64,000 nt of DNA from Amoebophrya sp. A120 (taxonomy: Eukaryota; Protista; Dinoflagellata), in assembly GCA_905178155.1 (NCBI GenBank), contig CAJINV010000021.1:160360-224359 (forward strand). The letters are read 5' to 3'. Of this stretch, positions 24,601 through 35,297 are shown piece after piece (position 1 is the stretch's first letter; every line of letters begins with the position of its first letter). Both the position numbers and the translations under genes were made by a program. The notes beneath the pieces were generated by a model that saw only the letters and a list, made by a program, of their open reading frames with translations, had not been told where the DNA came from and made no database searches.

Positions 24601-27600
24601 TGAAATGAAGCGTATAGTTCGTCCTCCACATGTACAAAGTGGACCTGCCGCATCTTCAACTGGAGCTGCTAATATACAGACCGTCCCTCAGCAGGACAAC
24701 GACACGTCGGACAACCACGACTCACAGCCCTGGCGGGCACTGCTTCTGGAGAACCACGAGCGCGACAGCCGCGCGAGCCGGCGCGAAAAGCTTCGAATGA
24801 AAAATCTGGAGGAGGAAAGGGAAAGGGAACATCGGGCGAAGAACCTCCACGGGTGTCGTACTACAAATAATTCCACCACGGTAGAGCGCGAAGATAAGTA
24901 CAACTACCCTAGCCGAGGCCAAACAATGTTGACGGACTCCAATTCATCCACCTTCGGAAGTAGGCGCGAAAACAGCCAAAATGACTACGACTACGATAGG
25001 AAAGCACTGACCGCTACTTCATCTGAAGAACCTGCTCCGAGAAAGCTCCTGGGCCCGAGCGACCGGCAGCTTCAGGCAGAGATGCGCTTTAGCCGTTACT
25101 GCGCAGTGGACCAGACATGCTCCGAAACGGATTCGGATAACGGGGCGGAATATGAAAGAAGCCCGTTTTCCGACCCTTCACTGTCGGATGAGGAAGCGGA
25201 GACGCCGGATAGAGGCAGAAATGACATCAATAAACAGCAGGAACACGAGGACATTGCAGCGATGGATGCTGCTACAAATGCTATCGAGCCAAAAAGTAAG
25301 ATCGAGAAGCACGACCAGGCACCGCCTGTTACTGGACTCGGGTCTTGTGATCATCAACAGGGCATAGAGCCGCGAATGAGTCAGACCGCGAATAATGTGA
25401 GCGGGAGCTCCTCGTCGTCCGCCACCGCTGAGCGTCTATGGCCTTCGCAAATTGTTGATGGTGGCCAAAAAGCCAGAAACGGTTCGTGGGTGCCTCCTGC
25501 GCCACAAGCAGCGCAAACGACAAAAATGCCTTCTGCTACTTCTTCAAAGTGTCCTCCTTCTAGTGCTTCTCCTGGCATATCAAGTGCTACTCATCTTGCC
25601 TGGACAACTAGTAGCGCGCCAATCTCTACGACTACGGGTTCGGGTGGTTCCGTCTCCTCTCTTCTAACGAGCGAAGCTCTGCAGCGGCTAGATGATGCGT
25701 CGACAGCGAGCAAGATGATTTTTGCAGGAGCTCCTCCTGACGAGGAGATGAGGATGACGATGGTGGAAAACCACAAGGAAAATCATGCAAGTAGTCCAGG
25801 TGCTCCGTTTACAAGTTCTGCTTCTGGTGCATCTAGCGCAATCACAACTACTTCCGCCTCGAACAACTGTTCATCATCATCTCCTGCGGCCACCAACTTT
25901 GCTTCCTACATGACTAACCGACTGAGGAATACGCAGAACGAAGTGTTTGGCTACCCTATTGGACTAACGGGGTTGCGGAACTACAAGGGCCGCGGGAATT
26001 TGATGCTGATGACGTCGACGGCGGACTGCATGGGCAGCACAACTGGAGGAGGATCCTCCTCGTCAAGCGGTATTAACGCGCAAAAAGAGCATCACAATTC
26101 CACTCTTCTCGTCCAACAGTCTAAATCTGGGAATAGCAGCAACGGCAAAACGTCATCCTCTTCGAACAAGTTCATGACCTTGAAGACCATTCCGGAGGAC
26201 CGCGCGCTGTCGGAATCGTCCGAAGAGCCGGACTTTTTTGTAATTGAGGAAAAGCACGACATGAAGCCGAGTCGGTCCTGCGTGTCTGTGGCGGGATCCA
26301 AGGCCGCGTCGAAAGCGGCAGTGCTGTCGAAGGCGTCTTCCAAGGCGGCGCCGAAAGCGAGCAGGAGCAGCGGTGGTAGCGCATTGATGAAACAAGCTGC
26401 GCCGTCCGCTCCTGGGGTCTATCTCGTGTCGTCCGCACCAGAAAGCAGCACATCAGAGCGAATGTTTTCAAGCGGCACGACAAGTGTAGGTGCGACCAGT
26501 ACATGTTTGCAAACTAGAAGCATGGAAGCAGAGCAAATGAAGACTGTTCCACCTTCTCTGCCTCCGCGCTTGTCTATGTCGCCTTCATCCGGCGGGATCC
26601 GAAACAGAAGCCCTTCATCTCCCACCGCGGCGCGCAACAGGGCAGGAATTAGCTGCACAAGAGGTTCGTGTGCAGATGTCTTGCTTCGGCCGGAAGGAGA
26701 GGTGGAACTTCGCCGGGAACACGGTGGCCTCGAAGCAGGGACAGCAAGAAGTAGTGCGAGCCTTGACGTCCGTGACGACTCCTCCGCGTTTCTATCTCCG
26801 CTGCGAAGGCAGCGCAAGCCGGTTCCGGGAATGGCGGGCGTTCATCTTCGTGCGCCAACTGCTAGTACTGGGTCGTGTGGCGCTGCTGGTGAAGCATTGG
26901 TGTCGACGAAAAATCAAGGCACTAGCACACCATTACAACCAGCAGCGTCGTCTTCAGTGGAAGCTGCAACCAATCAGCCGGCATATGTAGTGTCTGACGA
27001 AATGAAGAAGAGGAACCTGAAACGAAAGAGCTACGGCCACTCGGATGAACGAGGTGCTCCTGCACAGGACCCCTGCGCGGGCGGCGCTTTGCCTAAAAGA
27101 AATACGAGCACAATAGCAAACAACCGCTCAACAGATCGCATCGTGCTTGAAGTAGATAATTCCAATTCTCCTTCTTTTTTTTCGTCGTTTCCGGATCGCA
27201 AAAGGCCCACCGCCGCAATGACGGGCTCTAAGCAGAGGAAACTTGACGCCGCTGTTCATCTTGATAGCGAGGCGGCGAATAATGAGGAACACAGGCTCGG
27301 CTCAAAACGCTCCCCACCGCCCCCGGCACCAACGTCTCTCCAAGAGGTCGAACCCTCTCCCTTCTCGCCTAGAGGTCATGCAGATGTTGACGAGCTGAAG
27401 TGCAGCAGCAGTATGGCAGCTGCATCTTCAAGTAGGGGACACGCCGGAGTACCCGGCGGCGTAAGGGACCGGTGGACCACGAATTCTATTCTAAATAAGC
27501 CCGCACGACCGGCGCAATCCACTGCGGCAAGTGCAAATCCTATTATTGTTCCGGATGAAGCAGGTCGTTGTGCAGGAGGGATTAGAGACGTAGATGCGGC

Positions 27601-28663
27601 TTCATCTCGGGCTTTGCCACACTCCTCGTCTTCTTCATCATCGAAGAGACCGAGGGAGCGGGAGGACAGCGATACTGTTGAAAATAAAACGTGTCCTCTT
27701 CCTGCCCTCGCCGACCTCGTCGCAGTTGATGGAATAAACTCGTGTGAGGAAGAACAAATTACAACGGAGGCAAGACGACCATATTTTGCAGCACTGAAGG
27801 AACCACGAGCTGCACCAGAACTCATTCCTGCACCACCTCCTGCAACAGAAGGAGTCATTAACGGGAGGAAAAAATGTCGGAATCCACTTCTGGTTCTGTC
27901 AACATCACGTCAACATACTGATGATAGTTCATCTCCACGCTGCAGGACGAGAAGTGCCGCTGCTACTGACGATCATCCGGAAGTAGATGCTGAAGAGCTG
28001 AAGCCGCTTTTGAAGGTGAGGGAAAACGACCTGCCGGTCGTGGAGCAGCCCGTCGACAGCACACAAGGGGCACGGGAGCACCCCCACCGTCCAGAAGAAC
28101 CTCGTCGGCCGGCAGCCGAAAAGCACGCAAGGAATAAAGGAAGGCTTCCGCCTGCTGAGCACGAAACAACACGGAGCGAGAACGGGACGCGTTCTTTCAA
28201 CGGCCAAGAGCAAAAGGTAGTTCGAGTTGAGGAGGATCCTCTGGCTTCGAAGCGACTTGTCGGAGAACTACCACCTGACGAGGAGAGGCTGGGAAAGTAC
28301 TGCATTAGCCGTGGTGAAGATGAGGATCAACACGAAAACCAACCGCAGCAAAGCAACAAACGCCGTAGAAGGAGAAGAAGTGATTCATTTTCAGGAGAGG
28401 AGAATGAAGCTGCAGCCAAAAAAAGTCGTCGCGCTAGGCAAGACCAAGATCATTTTGAACAAAGGGATGCTTGCGCGGAAAGAAATACAAGCAAGCGCTC
28501 CACGGCTGGCACTGCGTGTATTGCGGTCCAAACCGAGCGCCGCCTATTCGCATCGGTGGGCGTCCAAACGGATAAACAAAAAACGGTAGGACGACCAGAA
28601 ACCAGCACCAAGGCAGTTGCCGCGGCCACCGATGAACCCCTTCTGAGTACGCGCGGAAGGTAA
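18668..28663 (+). CDS. Giant low-complexity, probably disordered protein (3331 aa), single exon
   Basis: 10-kb uninterrupted ORF, S/A/P/E/R-rich, with basic NLS-like runs (KRRRRRR). No recognisable domain. Confidence 0.85.
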   Translation: MTTKMGFSFSTTSTPDGVAAERAHSRSRSCARKPPPGSFSFGPKMNLQRQRGRTVSPTSSTTRGLSLNRNHLNYSTFFTGKNCNTQRVNFCNDYDDDVVDQDADIEDEQKRRTTGQHGPAQLSKTAGGGEASVFFSNSAGTKDGWSTSTLQHPSAPYFYSSNSSRSTTQKNPDNDQHFVSRPYGASLDEEADNKKNALSSSPAASRGGTGATRSQRVINDWSSCSSYNDNRANKENNSSRRGPYSDRSRSRMRVPGPNKDSRTRAGGNDQNHASQKMRTPRSAAVACNDRREMMDKDKRGPRSRSAAPTIFRNGASARRKSGSLVRRPRDCYERDDVVERPRFLAEHGGCGGRAAATQRGTKEGQQEGPDERDREHPPREVDGNGRGFAGRLLPDALVATAATVPSQKSQGVEGPRRGVRRVDLPEQTNKSAQASTTTCNSRGQLLDVTTSQPDGSMRHDLKSAPGLCDKIKTPDNEAKEDSSSDSESSSSDSDSSGSSAKEVEQAEKKDVKTLPGRALEEQPPGKKFLVKASGASSSFSSTISRSAARTPGDSAERPSGGESNKPFKNPLRPFSIFTSRDAAGGGLQPFSKELFRKMLVHPPGGGSTTSSTEDPGTTVLPTTKRPATAGTLMKNPAPLALPPPAVSKAKVMVAKANAVSPTELSLKSTTCTSTARENFYGATSKAAVVLGAPPARSTAAAMVLSPAKAAGSTTAPPVTSARSSVSAAEPLHGKAGSVVGDHGTIEHLVVVPTTVPKSASRRTTVVQVGAAAPAASSKAASVVPPVVDRNPGTTALVPGVPAFSKSSTVVRSSSSSSSTHSGASGGGGSTVPAGRARQLSCAAAAKPRSPPPPPAAVVVEAAKRLLMKGTRPACTLPSAAAPAGPEVLPVKGSTVVESAGPTPIADVVDKMKDDVKKPDEDKTKSSSPPHHQQAKEENSIGIVIAEEATSTSPTTPTSLKKVTDDEDKKQGKQEEDHRPVSEPRGSCCERDVLAMKLTKTNSRSSTSSGGTKPKAEAAAEPKAKEDTMLKATSPSEATTNVAEQKVGGELLAVEASGRVDGEARAKSSFTSPPAVKMNKKIANKRKPISEEELLARMLQSSRPAEAGRKQIKPQVEAEKEAVQNRLSAACTSCYGTRTTSSDAADHTTTSTTSVVVVPTTTATENAGAEKVKIKVHDEQTCDDMENTHDENGRNLEDKNSCCKDSHTSTSSNLHDHPPEVETNSPTAPAASSLSHPQTSRDLVEQADLSLCQASEVEKHESSVSVNAPEGEWEESSSAASSGPPPGRPEDTISNVLAEAVESVCETSSGDHSHSLTSKHRPHVVADSVVSTSSSTASAEVVEVSEPEAGAELRHHRSKNVDHQGNEKDSIKESEIKIPTGMDASADPGLSLSRMLEDDRPRREDLLVMTVDCEDEEGRVNSHPAQQMTTSSTSMSAATSTSEGNVLMKESHVLAENQDDNSPSSTCSDEESSQEDCPLLPFFAGVEMPTSEEIAAALAESSMVVLNDATGGCSLGEEEGGSPAVDENPEIGEEDGTVHDAPPPTKEHNAWSRSGSPPVVAGAVNAGLDGRNAIGTGTKDGQEYVAKVDGDSSRVVLKASGPIANNVTHGADLNNQDSGFSIPGASYSHFKDETENCVPLQERPARDKIKPSSRSSPGTGAVDHNQSREPAVLGQAALPQVQERGGSQQGEKLDNLLPGVVPKNKDKLSTVTEVHDVRINPSSQSQDRSKITAATTSSASSSTAIGRSLVGPAPAAPLVKTIPQRIGHSDYFDDLESDEDDLAFRAAADKEAQKNHELQEEAASRGHVEENLRLHVGNSGSSSSSSSRNVLGEESKTHSELGPYKRATTSEENRREDEAAQHISAEKHSNSVSNVLNMLLTSTTCAEAPAPQQDECSLLLRSSSAPPKPPVNPMQDGVSCFASSSSASAGTDVAKGRTLEHRARASGLAESEAAQQARGVPGTKEKQAPLIIGSGEEESEMKRIVRPPHVQSGPAASSTGAANIQTVPQQDNDTSDNHDSQPWRALLLENHERDSRASRREKLRMKNLEEEREREHRAKNLHGCRTTNNSTTVEREDKYNYPSRGQTMLTDSNSSTFGSRRENSQNDYDYDRKALTATSSEEPAPRKLLGPSDRQLQAEMRFSRYCAVDQTCSETDSDNGAEYERSPFSDPSLSDEEAETPDRGRNDINKQQEHEDIAAMDAATNAIEPKSKIEKHDQAPPVTGLGSCDHQQGIEPRMSQTANNVSGSSSSSATAERLWPSQIVDGGQKARNGSWVPPAPQAAQTTKMPSATSSKCPPSSASPGISSATHLAWTTSSAPISTTTGSGGSVSSLLTSEALQRLDDASTASKMIFAGAPPDEEMRMTMVENHKENHASSPGAPFTSSASGASSAITTTSASNNCSSSSPAATNFASYMTNRLRNTQNEVFGYPIGLTGLRNYKGRGNLMLMTSTADCMGSTTGGGSSSSSGINAQKEHHNSTLLVQQSKSGNSSNGKTSSSSNKFMTLKTIPEDRALSESSEEPDFFVIEEKHDMKPSRSCVSVAGSKAASKAAVLSKASSKAAPKASRSSGGSALMKQAAPSAPGVYLVSSAPESSTSERMFSSGTTSVGATSTCLQTRSMEAEQMKTVPPSLPPRLSMSPSSGGIRNRSPSSPTAARNRAGISCTRGSCADVLLRPEGEVELRREHGGLEAGTARSSASLDVRDDSSAFLSPLRRQRKPVPGMAGVHLRAPTASTGSCGAAGEALVSTKNQGTSTPLQPAASSSVEAATNQPAYVVSDEMKKRNLKRKSYGHSDERGAPAQDPCAGGALPKRNTSTIANNRSTDRIVLEVDNSNSPSFFSSFPDRKRPTAAMTGSKQRKLDAAVHLDSEAANNEEHRLGSKRSPPPPAPTSLQEVEPSPFSPRGHADVDELKCSSSMAAASSSRGHAGVPGGVRDRWTTNSILNKPARPAQSTAASANPIIVPDEAGRCAGGIRDVDAASSRALPHSSSSSSSKRPREREDSDTVENKTCPLPALADLVAVDGINSCEEEQITTEARRPYFAALKEPRAAPELIPAPPPATEGVINGRKKCRNPLLVLSTSRQHTDDSSSPRCRTRSAAATDDHPEVDAEELKPLLKVRENDLPVVEQPVDSTQGAREHPHRPEEPRRPAAEKHARNKGRLPPAEHETTRSENGTRSFNGQEQKVVRVEEDPLASKRLVGELPPDEERLGKYCISRGEDEDQHENQPQQSNKRRRRRRSDSFSGEENEAAAKKSRRARQDQDHFEQRDACAERNTSKRSTAGTACIAVQTERRLFASVGVQTDKQKTVGRPETSTKAVAAATDEPLLSTRGR

Positions 28664-29429
28664 CAACTGGGGCTAGAGCACAGTCATTGGCTAGAAAGAT
28701 CAGAAGTTCAGATTTTGCTGATATGCATCTGGGTTCATTCACAGGAATGTCGACGTCATGTGTTTCGTCTTTGGTTGAGTCTGGTAAACTGAGAGTTGGA
28801 GATGATCACGATCAACCCTATTTTACAACTCTACAGGTTGCGGCTCCGCATGGCAGGCGGCCGTCTCGCGGGGTCGAGAAAAGAAGCGCAGAAAAACACC
28901 ATAATCGTCTACAATGAGGATGAGAAAACGTTCTCTCGCCTCGACATTGATACGCTGGAACTGGTCGGTGGCAGCGCAAAGCGGGTGGAGCAGCTGGTGG
29001 CACGAGAACGTTATTAGCGGCGAGAAGGATAGTACGGAAACAAAACAAACAGATGAAGGGCGAAAACCAGGCTTTCTTGGTCATCTTCATAGTAGTAAAA
29101 ATGTCTTACCGATGAACCAGGAACTTCAAAACCAAAACAGTCAAATAGTACAAGCGGCATGTTGTATCTGTATGTCATCTCCTGGTCTTGCGGTCTTCTT
29201 TGCATATTGCCTGTAAGCATGTGTTTTTCATAAGAATTGAGACTGACATGTACGCAAAGCAGAAGCTGCGCTTGTCGCTCCTGCTGGTGTTGTTCTAAGG
29301 TTAATATCCTGGCGCTGGCGGATTGTGATTGAGATTGATTTATGTTTATCGTCCGGATCATCATTCCATGATAATGCATGTTCACGTTTTGCTTTTGGTT
29401 TTGGCTATGATCGTGAAAGGACAAGCATC

Positions 29430-29723
29430 ATGGCGAAGGCTGCGATCGCGCCGCATGTGCTGATGAAACTCGGATCTGACGAGCCAGTTTTAGTGGTAAA
29501 TTTTCCGGAAAGATCCGAGGCAGGGTTTTGTTACGGTTTTCGGAGAAGTCGAAGGGATCTGGATCAAGGAAAACAAAGATACGAGATCTATTATGGCAAC
29601 CCTACTAACTTTGAGATCGAACGACATAGTTTCCTGCTCCGTTTTGGCTTCGCGCTCACCCCGCTCTTTTTGCCTTTTTTTTTGGTTTTGGCGATCGCCT
29701 CCGTGGTCCGATATTTTTGGTAG
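29430..29723 (+). CDS. Possible small protein with a C-terminal transmembrane helix
   Basis: MAKAAIAPHV...FGFALTPLFLPFFLVLAIASVVRYFW. No homology recognised. Confidence 0.35.
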   Translation: MAKAAIAPHVLMKLGSDEPVLVVNFPERSEAGFCYGFRRSRRDLDQGKQRYEIYYGNPTNFEIERHSFLLRFGFALTPLFLPFFLVLAIASVVRYFW

Positions 29724-30195
29724 TGTCTCGAAAACATCAGCTCCCACTCGTCGTTCAATTGCTTTTTGAGGATCCTCCTTCCCCGCCATTTGTTGACCTG
29801 CTTTCTTAAAAGATTATGATCCACCTCGTCACATCGTCATCGAGCAATACAATCGAGACACGAAGCCAGCGGAGAAATGTACTTAACCATGGCTGCTCCC
29901 TCGCAGCACACCATGGCGCCTCATTGCGTCGTGCCAACGACGTCCCTCGGCGGAGATCGTTGGCGGGATATATAGTTTTTAGACCAGCGCCAGTGCCCTT
30001 ATGAACTAGACCTGTTGCAGTCGAGTCGAGCAACAGTTATTCTCGTCCGGTCGCCAGCTCTGGAACCGGCGCGCGACCTCTAACATGTCCCGCCGGGGGT
30101 CGAGGCGTAATTCACTCCGGCCAGCACGGCCTCCCGGGCACGAAAGGATACTTCTTTTACCGACGGAACATTACTACAAAACTGGAAAAGCTTCC

Positions 30196-33100
30196 ATGAT
30201 TCCCTGGCCGCGATGGCTCCCCCGCCCCGGCATTATCGTCTGTGCTGTTCTCAGTTTCTTGTTACAGCAGGTTTTGCAGGTGTTCGGGCGGGATGAGGAT
30301 GAGAATAATAGGGCCGCAACATCAAGAAGTGCTGGCTCCACCGGGGGCGCCCTTCAGTCGTCCTCGAGGACAAAAAAACAGCACGTGAAATACGCCGAGT
30401 GCCAACATCGCTACACAGACTACCGGCCGGATTTCTTCGACTGCGAGGGCTCGCCGAGCTGGGATGCCTTCATGGATTTGGTGCGGCAGGCCGCGAAGCT
30501 GAAGTTCCAGATGATTCCGCCGGAATTGTACAATATGGCGCAGTATCCATGGAAAAAGTACCCAAATCTGACTAAGTACAAAGAGAAAGAATATAGAAAT
30601 CGCAACACGAATCCCGTTTCGATATGTTCAACAACTTGAAAAACGGAATTTCTCTTGCTGAAATTGTCGCATCTACAACTACATGATGTAAAAGAGTTGC
30701 GGCGTTTCTTGCCGACTTTGTCACCAAGGGTCATGCAATTCCGATTTGTACCAGTCTGCGATACTACTTTTGCACAGGATACGCGCAAGATCATCGAAAT
30801 CTGGGACGCGAAACCCTACCCGCCGCAGGATTTCCACAACATGCTCTGTGACCCGCGGAAAGTCTGGAATCCGCTGCATGCGGAAGAGTATCAGCCATTT
30901 TGCCTCTACGGGTTTATCTACGCTCTCTTGATCCGGGCGCGGGTGTTTATGAGCGAGGGGAGCAAGGACCTGGTCAAGATGGCCAAGGAGGATTTGAGCT
31001 ATGCGGTAAAAGGAAAAGCATAGGCATGCATATTTATCTATCATTTAAAGAAAAAAGTGCGAGTTGGTTCTTCTTGAGGTAGTTCAGTATCATTGCAATC
31101 CCGTGGCTGTGGTGCGAAGTTCGTCAACTAGAGAAGTTCATCCTGCCTGATGAACGGCAAGCACAGCGCAAAGCTGGTGCTCCTGCAAACCCATCTGTAA
31201 AAGAATTTTAATACCACAACTTGCTCTGTAGACGATACACTCTGTTCTTCGCTACAACTTCACAGCAAGTGCGAAAAAAGTATACATCGAATCAAACGGA
31301 TTTCCAATTTCTATTTGAACCAAACTAGGTCACCTGCCTCGGTAAGGAAGGTTCCGTCGATTTTCTCGATAGTTCTGCGGTGGGCGCGACCATTTTGGAT
31401 TTCTACATCAATATCGGCGAAACGGAGTTTTACACCTACGACGAGTACGTGAAGAAGTTCCCGGTCCCCGAGCCCCCGCCCGACGAGTTTGGCATGCTGC
31501 ACTACAACCCGCAACCCCCCCTGGAAGAGCAGCAGCTACATAAGCTTTTTTTCCACGAGGACAGGAGAAGAACCCTCCACGCTGCGGTCTTCGGCACGCA
31601 CGCCACCCTGTCCCTCGAAACGGTCCACATGGTGCAGGAGTTTGTCTTGCGCGACCAGGTGGAGTTGAAGCCGGTCTTCTACGGGTTGGAACCGCGGTGG
31701 TGCGGCATTCTCGGCATGTGCAACCGGGGGGATCCGGCGTTTGCGAAGTTTTTCAAGGACGCGGAACAGGACCCCTACGGGGACGACTTTACCTGGGAGA
31801 GTATGCAGGAAAAGTTTTGTACGTCTGGGTCGTTTCGGTAGATGATCTGTGCGATGCATCGCAAGAGCTGCATGACAAGCATGCGCAGTTTATCTCCCGC
31901 TAGTACACAGACAGATTTCCAACTGACAAAAAAAATGGAGCAGCAGATTGAAGCGGTTTATTTTCGCGATGAGGAGTTGAAAAAATCCGACTTTCTATGA
32001 ATGAAAAAGGCCATCACAAAAGTCATTTTGTAATGCAGTTTATGTATGAACAGAAATGATGATAACAGTATTTAACAACTCTACTATTTCGATGCGAAAA
32101 AAATCGAAATGGTATCAAGCATGGCCAAAAACCACTGAATCTTTGCTAGACAGGAGGTATATCAAAAAAGAGATACCGATTGCATGCAGAGTCCTAGCCC
32201 TTTTGATATGCAGGAAAAACTGCAGGACTAAAACTGATAGTGATGGTCTTTTTACTCCCTTTCCATATTCGCTCTTGTGCACAGAGCCGCTGGTCGGGTG
32301 CCTGCTGTTGCAAAAACTCTGGCGGGAGAGGATGCAAAAGACGCTACCGGTGTTAGGCTACTTGGGCGTCGCGCTCTTGAATTCCGTGCCGCCACTGGAT
32401 CTGGTGAAGTTCTGGGATTTGCTGGACGGCAGAAAACCGGGCACGGACACGATTCTGTACGTGAACAACCGGATCCTGCGGGAGCAAATCTACTACCAAA
32501 CCGGGATAGTAGCGCCCTACGTCCGCGCACACGGCCTGTACACGAAATCCGTGTACAGTCCGCAGATTGACCGGGTGCTGTTTTGGCGCGCGCCGCTCTT
32601 CGTCTACCCCACACTGAGGTGCGCAATTTGGCAGTTCTTGAAAGGTATATCAAGTTGTGTCCAAATGTTTGATGCGACTACAGTCTTGCTTGTGATTTTC
32701 TATCTACTCCAACATAGAAGTCAGCAGTTGATAATGGTAATGGAGATGGACTGTAATCCTTCGAAGAACCTTGTTGAAACGAATCAGTGTCAGTTTCTAT
32801 CTCGTGATCCTCGAGCCGCACAGTACAAAAATCACGACATACAACGACCAATGCAATAATTGCTTAACAGCCATGCGAGACCGGCCAGCATCGCCGGCTA
32901 CAACCGCCCTCGGGGAGCTTCCTTCACCTGAAGGAGAAGTAGCGGGAAAACCTTCTACAAGTAGCGACGATAACCCCGACGTATCCAACAGCAAATTTCC
33001 CTTCACGATCCGGTTCCTCGACGAGAAGGAGTCGATGGACTACTCCGTCGTGGCCCAGCACCGCAGCGTGATTCTGCTTCCCTGGGACCACGCGCTGATG

Positions 33101-35297
33101 ACGTTTTACGAGCTGTATTCCATGTCCGTCCCGCTGTTTCTGCCGAAAATCGAGTGGATTTACCGGTTTGTGTACCAGCGGGGTCAACTCTCCGTGGGCG
33201 AGCCGCTGTACCAGTCGGTGCACCCCCGGCACAAGCGGCCCCGGGCGAAGTTCGCCAGCTACGATTACCCCGAGCCCACGGACAACAGCACCAACAAAGA
33301 GTCGGTCGGGCCCATGTCCGTGCAAACGGGGTTGTCGTCCGCGAAAGCGGCGAGAGGGGTCACGGAGGACATGCTGCGCCGGGGGTTGGACGAAAACCTG
33401 GGGCTGGTGGAGGTCCGGGCCTACATGGTTGCGGCGCTCGATCTCATCATGGACATGCAGTACTTTCTCACCGCCGCGGAAAACAAAACGACCGAAGCCG
33501 ACTCCTACACCAGCGCGGGGAAGGTGAAACGGTACACGAAGGCGAACCGCGACCAGCTATCCTATGTAAAAACGTCCCCATGACGACCCCATAGTTGTCA
33601 TGTTGCAAATCTGCATAAGTAGTAAAAATGTTTCTCATGCGGTTGCGGACGAGCCCCATGAGGAGCATTTTCCATACACTCGCGCGCCGCGCCCATTCTA
33701 GTTAGGGTCTATTTTTGCTTTCTTCTTCTCTTCATCCCATTTCGACAGGTCAAGCAATTCTACTCTCGCAGTTCGCTCCGGCTACAGTGATCTACTTAAA
33801 CTTCTATTTTGATTTTACATTGCAATATATCGTTTTCTGGAATTTGTGATGCTCGATTCAGCCTGCACGATATGCTAGATCTGTGATGCTGATTCAGCTA
33901 GCTAAACAGAATTACACTACGAGGCTAAACTTGTCATGCGCAGCAATCAAAGTTGCTTGATTCATTTGTGTAGCAGGTTCCTTTCCCATTTTGACTATGA
34001 GGCGGGGACGTTTCTACAGAGGATACCAGCTGGATTTGCAGTCTATCGAGTACTATGAAATGCAAAAGCATCGTGCTAGTATAAATTGCATTACAAATTG
34101 CCTTAGCATTACAAATTAAATTTGTAATGCTGATTTACCTTGAGAAAGAGATTTGTTATGCATAGATGCAATTACTACGAGTACGATACTTATGCACAGG
34201 ATAAGTACAGTGACGAGCCGTGGCACCCGTACACGCCGTTCCAGATGTCCCTATCAAATGCAAGTATGTCTGGGTCTGGAAAGTTGTGATGCAACTCCTA
34301 GAGTAATTAGCCTAGCGCACTGCAATACGGAGCGTAGCATGACATAGTTTCTGTGCTGCTATGTTTTGCGAATTCCCCATTGCAGACTGCGTTTTTGCAT
34401 GACAGACAAGGGGATCTTTTCGTGCCATGCATCACAGAGTGTAGTAGAGTCATGCCAGAAGAAGCATGACAAAGCTCGGAATCTTCCAGAGGACCCAGAC
34501 TACATATTTGCAATGCATAGTCCCCGCGGGACAGTAACGAGTGGAATCGGATGCGCAAGGGCGGCTGGTGGCTGCGCCGGGGCGTGCGGGTCGACGCCAT
34601 GCGGTACTGGTTTCAGTACTCGGATTATCAAATAATGCAAATATGTCTGGGTCTGGAAGGTAGGAACTTGTGATGCTGTCCTTGGATTCTAAAAAAATCT
34701 GTATTGCATGACCAGCAAGAGGAGCCCAATTTGTGCTACGCGGGGAGGGCATTTTGCATGCGGAATAGGCATCAGCAAGCCGTCTGAAAACCTGTGATGC
34801 TAGGCCACGCATTACAGGAAACATGGGTCATGCAAAATGTGCATAACAACCCTCGCATCTCTCCAGACCAACACATATTTGCAATTGATACCGATTTCTA
34901 CCGGTTTCCGGCCCTGCAGTACTTCGACAACATTCCGGACCTGTTCTGCCGCCTGCAGTCCGCGGACCTCCCCTGGATCACGAACGTATGACAGTGCACA
35001 TCTCTGCCTCCCCCTCATTGTTCATGCAAAATGCCAACTCCAGGCGCTGTCTTGTGGCACTGTTTGCATCACAAATGCCGGAACCCCAACTAGTACTAAA
35101 CTAGGCATATAAAAAATTTGTCATGCACAGGCTCCATGTGATGTGCTGGTGTTTGTATCGCTGTCCATGACATGATACGCGTGAGGGGGAGGGGGAGTTG
35201 GGCAATGCCATAGAACGCCATGCACAAGTACAACGACGAAACATTGTTGGAATCCACACAGTACTGGACGGATGCGGTGGTGCGGTTGCTGTCTTGA
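30196..35297 (+). CDS. Putative type II membrane or secreted glycosyltransferase-like protein; join(30196..30543,30787..31005,31329..31801,31934..31995,32273..32644,32871..33557,34031..34053,34209..34251,34525..34625,34896..34986,35218..35297)
   Basis: N-terminal hydrophobic anchor. GT-B-like segment HRSVILLPW..MTFYELYSMSVPLFLP and YWFQYSDFYRFPALQYFD. Two GT-AG introns (31006-31328, 32645-32870) and eight TIR introns give a continuous 832-aa frame. Confidence 0.7.
30544..30781. mobile_element. Introner (238 nt), degenerate TSD CGCAG/CGCGC
   Basis: Ends tatccatggaaaaagta / tacttttgcacaggata (family B-type end). Removal is in frame. Confidence 0.75.
31802..31928. mobile_element. Highly degenerate, shortened family A-like introner
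   Basis: Contains acgtctgggtc near the left end, and the right end resembles the family A TIR. Removing 132 nt gives DFTWE(R/K)MEQQIE. An alternative GT-AG intron 31819-31914 is also in frame. Confidence 0.45.
31996..32267. mobile_element. Degenerate introner (272 nt)
   Basis: Ends tatgaatgaaaaaggccatcac / gtgatggtctttttactccctttccata. Removing the element plus 5 nt gives SDF-LLCTEP. Confidence 0.65.
33558..34025. mobile_element. Introner (468 nt), TSD CCAGC
   Basis: Ends tatcctatgtaaaaacgtcccc / ggggacgtttctacagaggata, perfect TSD. Confidence 0.88.
34054..34203. mobile_element. Introner family B (150 nt), TSD AGTAC
   Basis: Aligns with 10667-10816; perfect TSD. Confidence 0.9.
34252..34519. 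mobile_element. Introner family A (268 nt), TSD GTCCC
   Basis: Family A TIR core, perfect TSD, frame restored. Confidence 0.9.
34626..34890. mobile_element. Introner family A (265 nt), TSD CGGAT/CCGAT
   Basis: Family A body. Removal gives QYSD-FYRFP. Confidence 0.88.
34987..35212. mobile_element. Introner family C (226 nt), TSD GAACG
   Basis: Left end tatgacagtgcaca as at 13531; perfect TSD. Confidence 0.88.
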
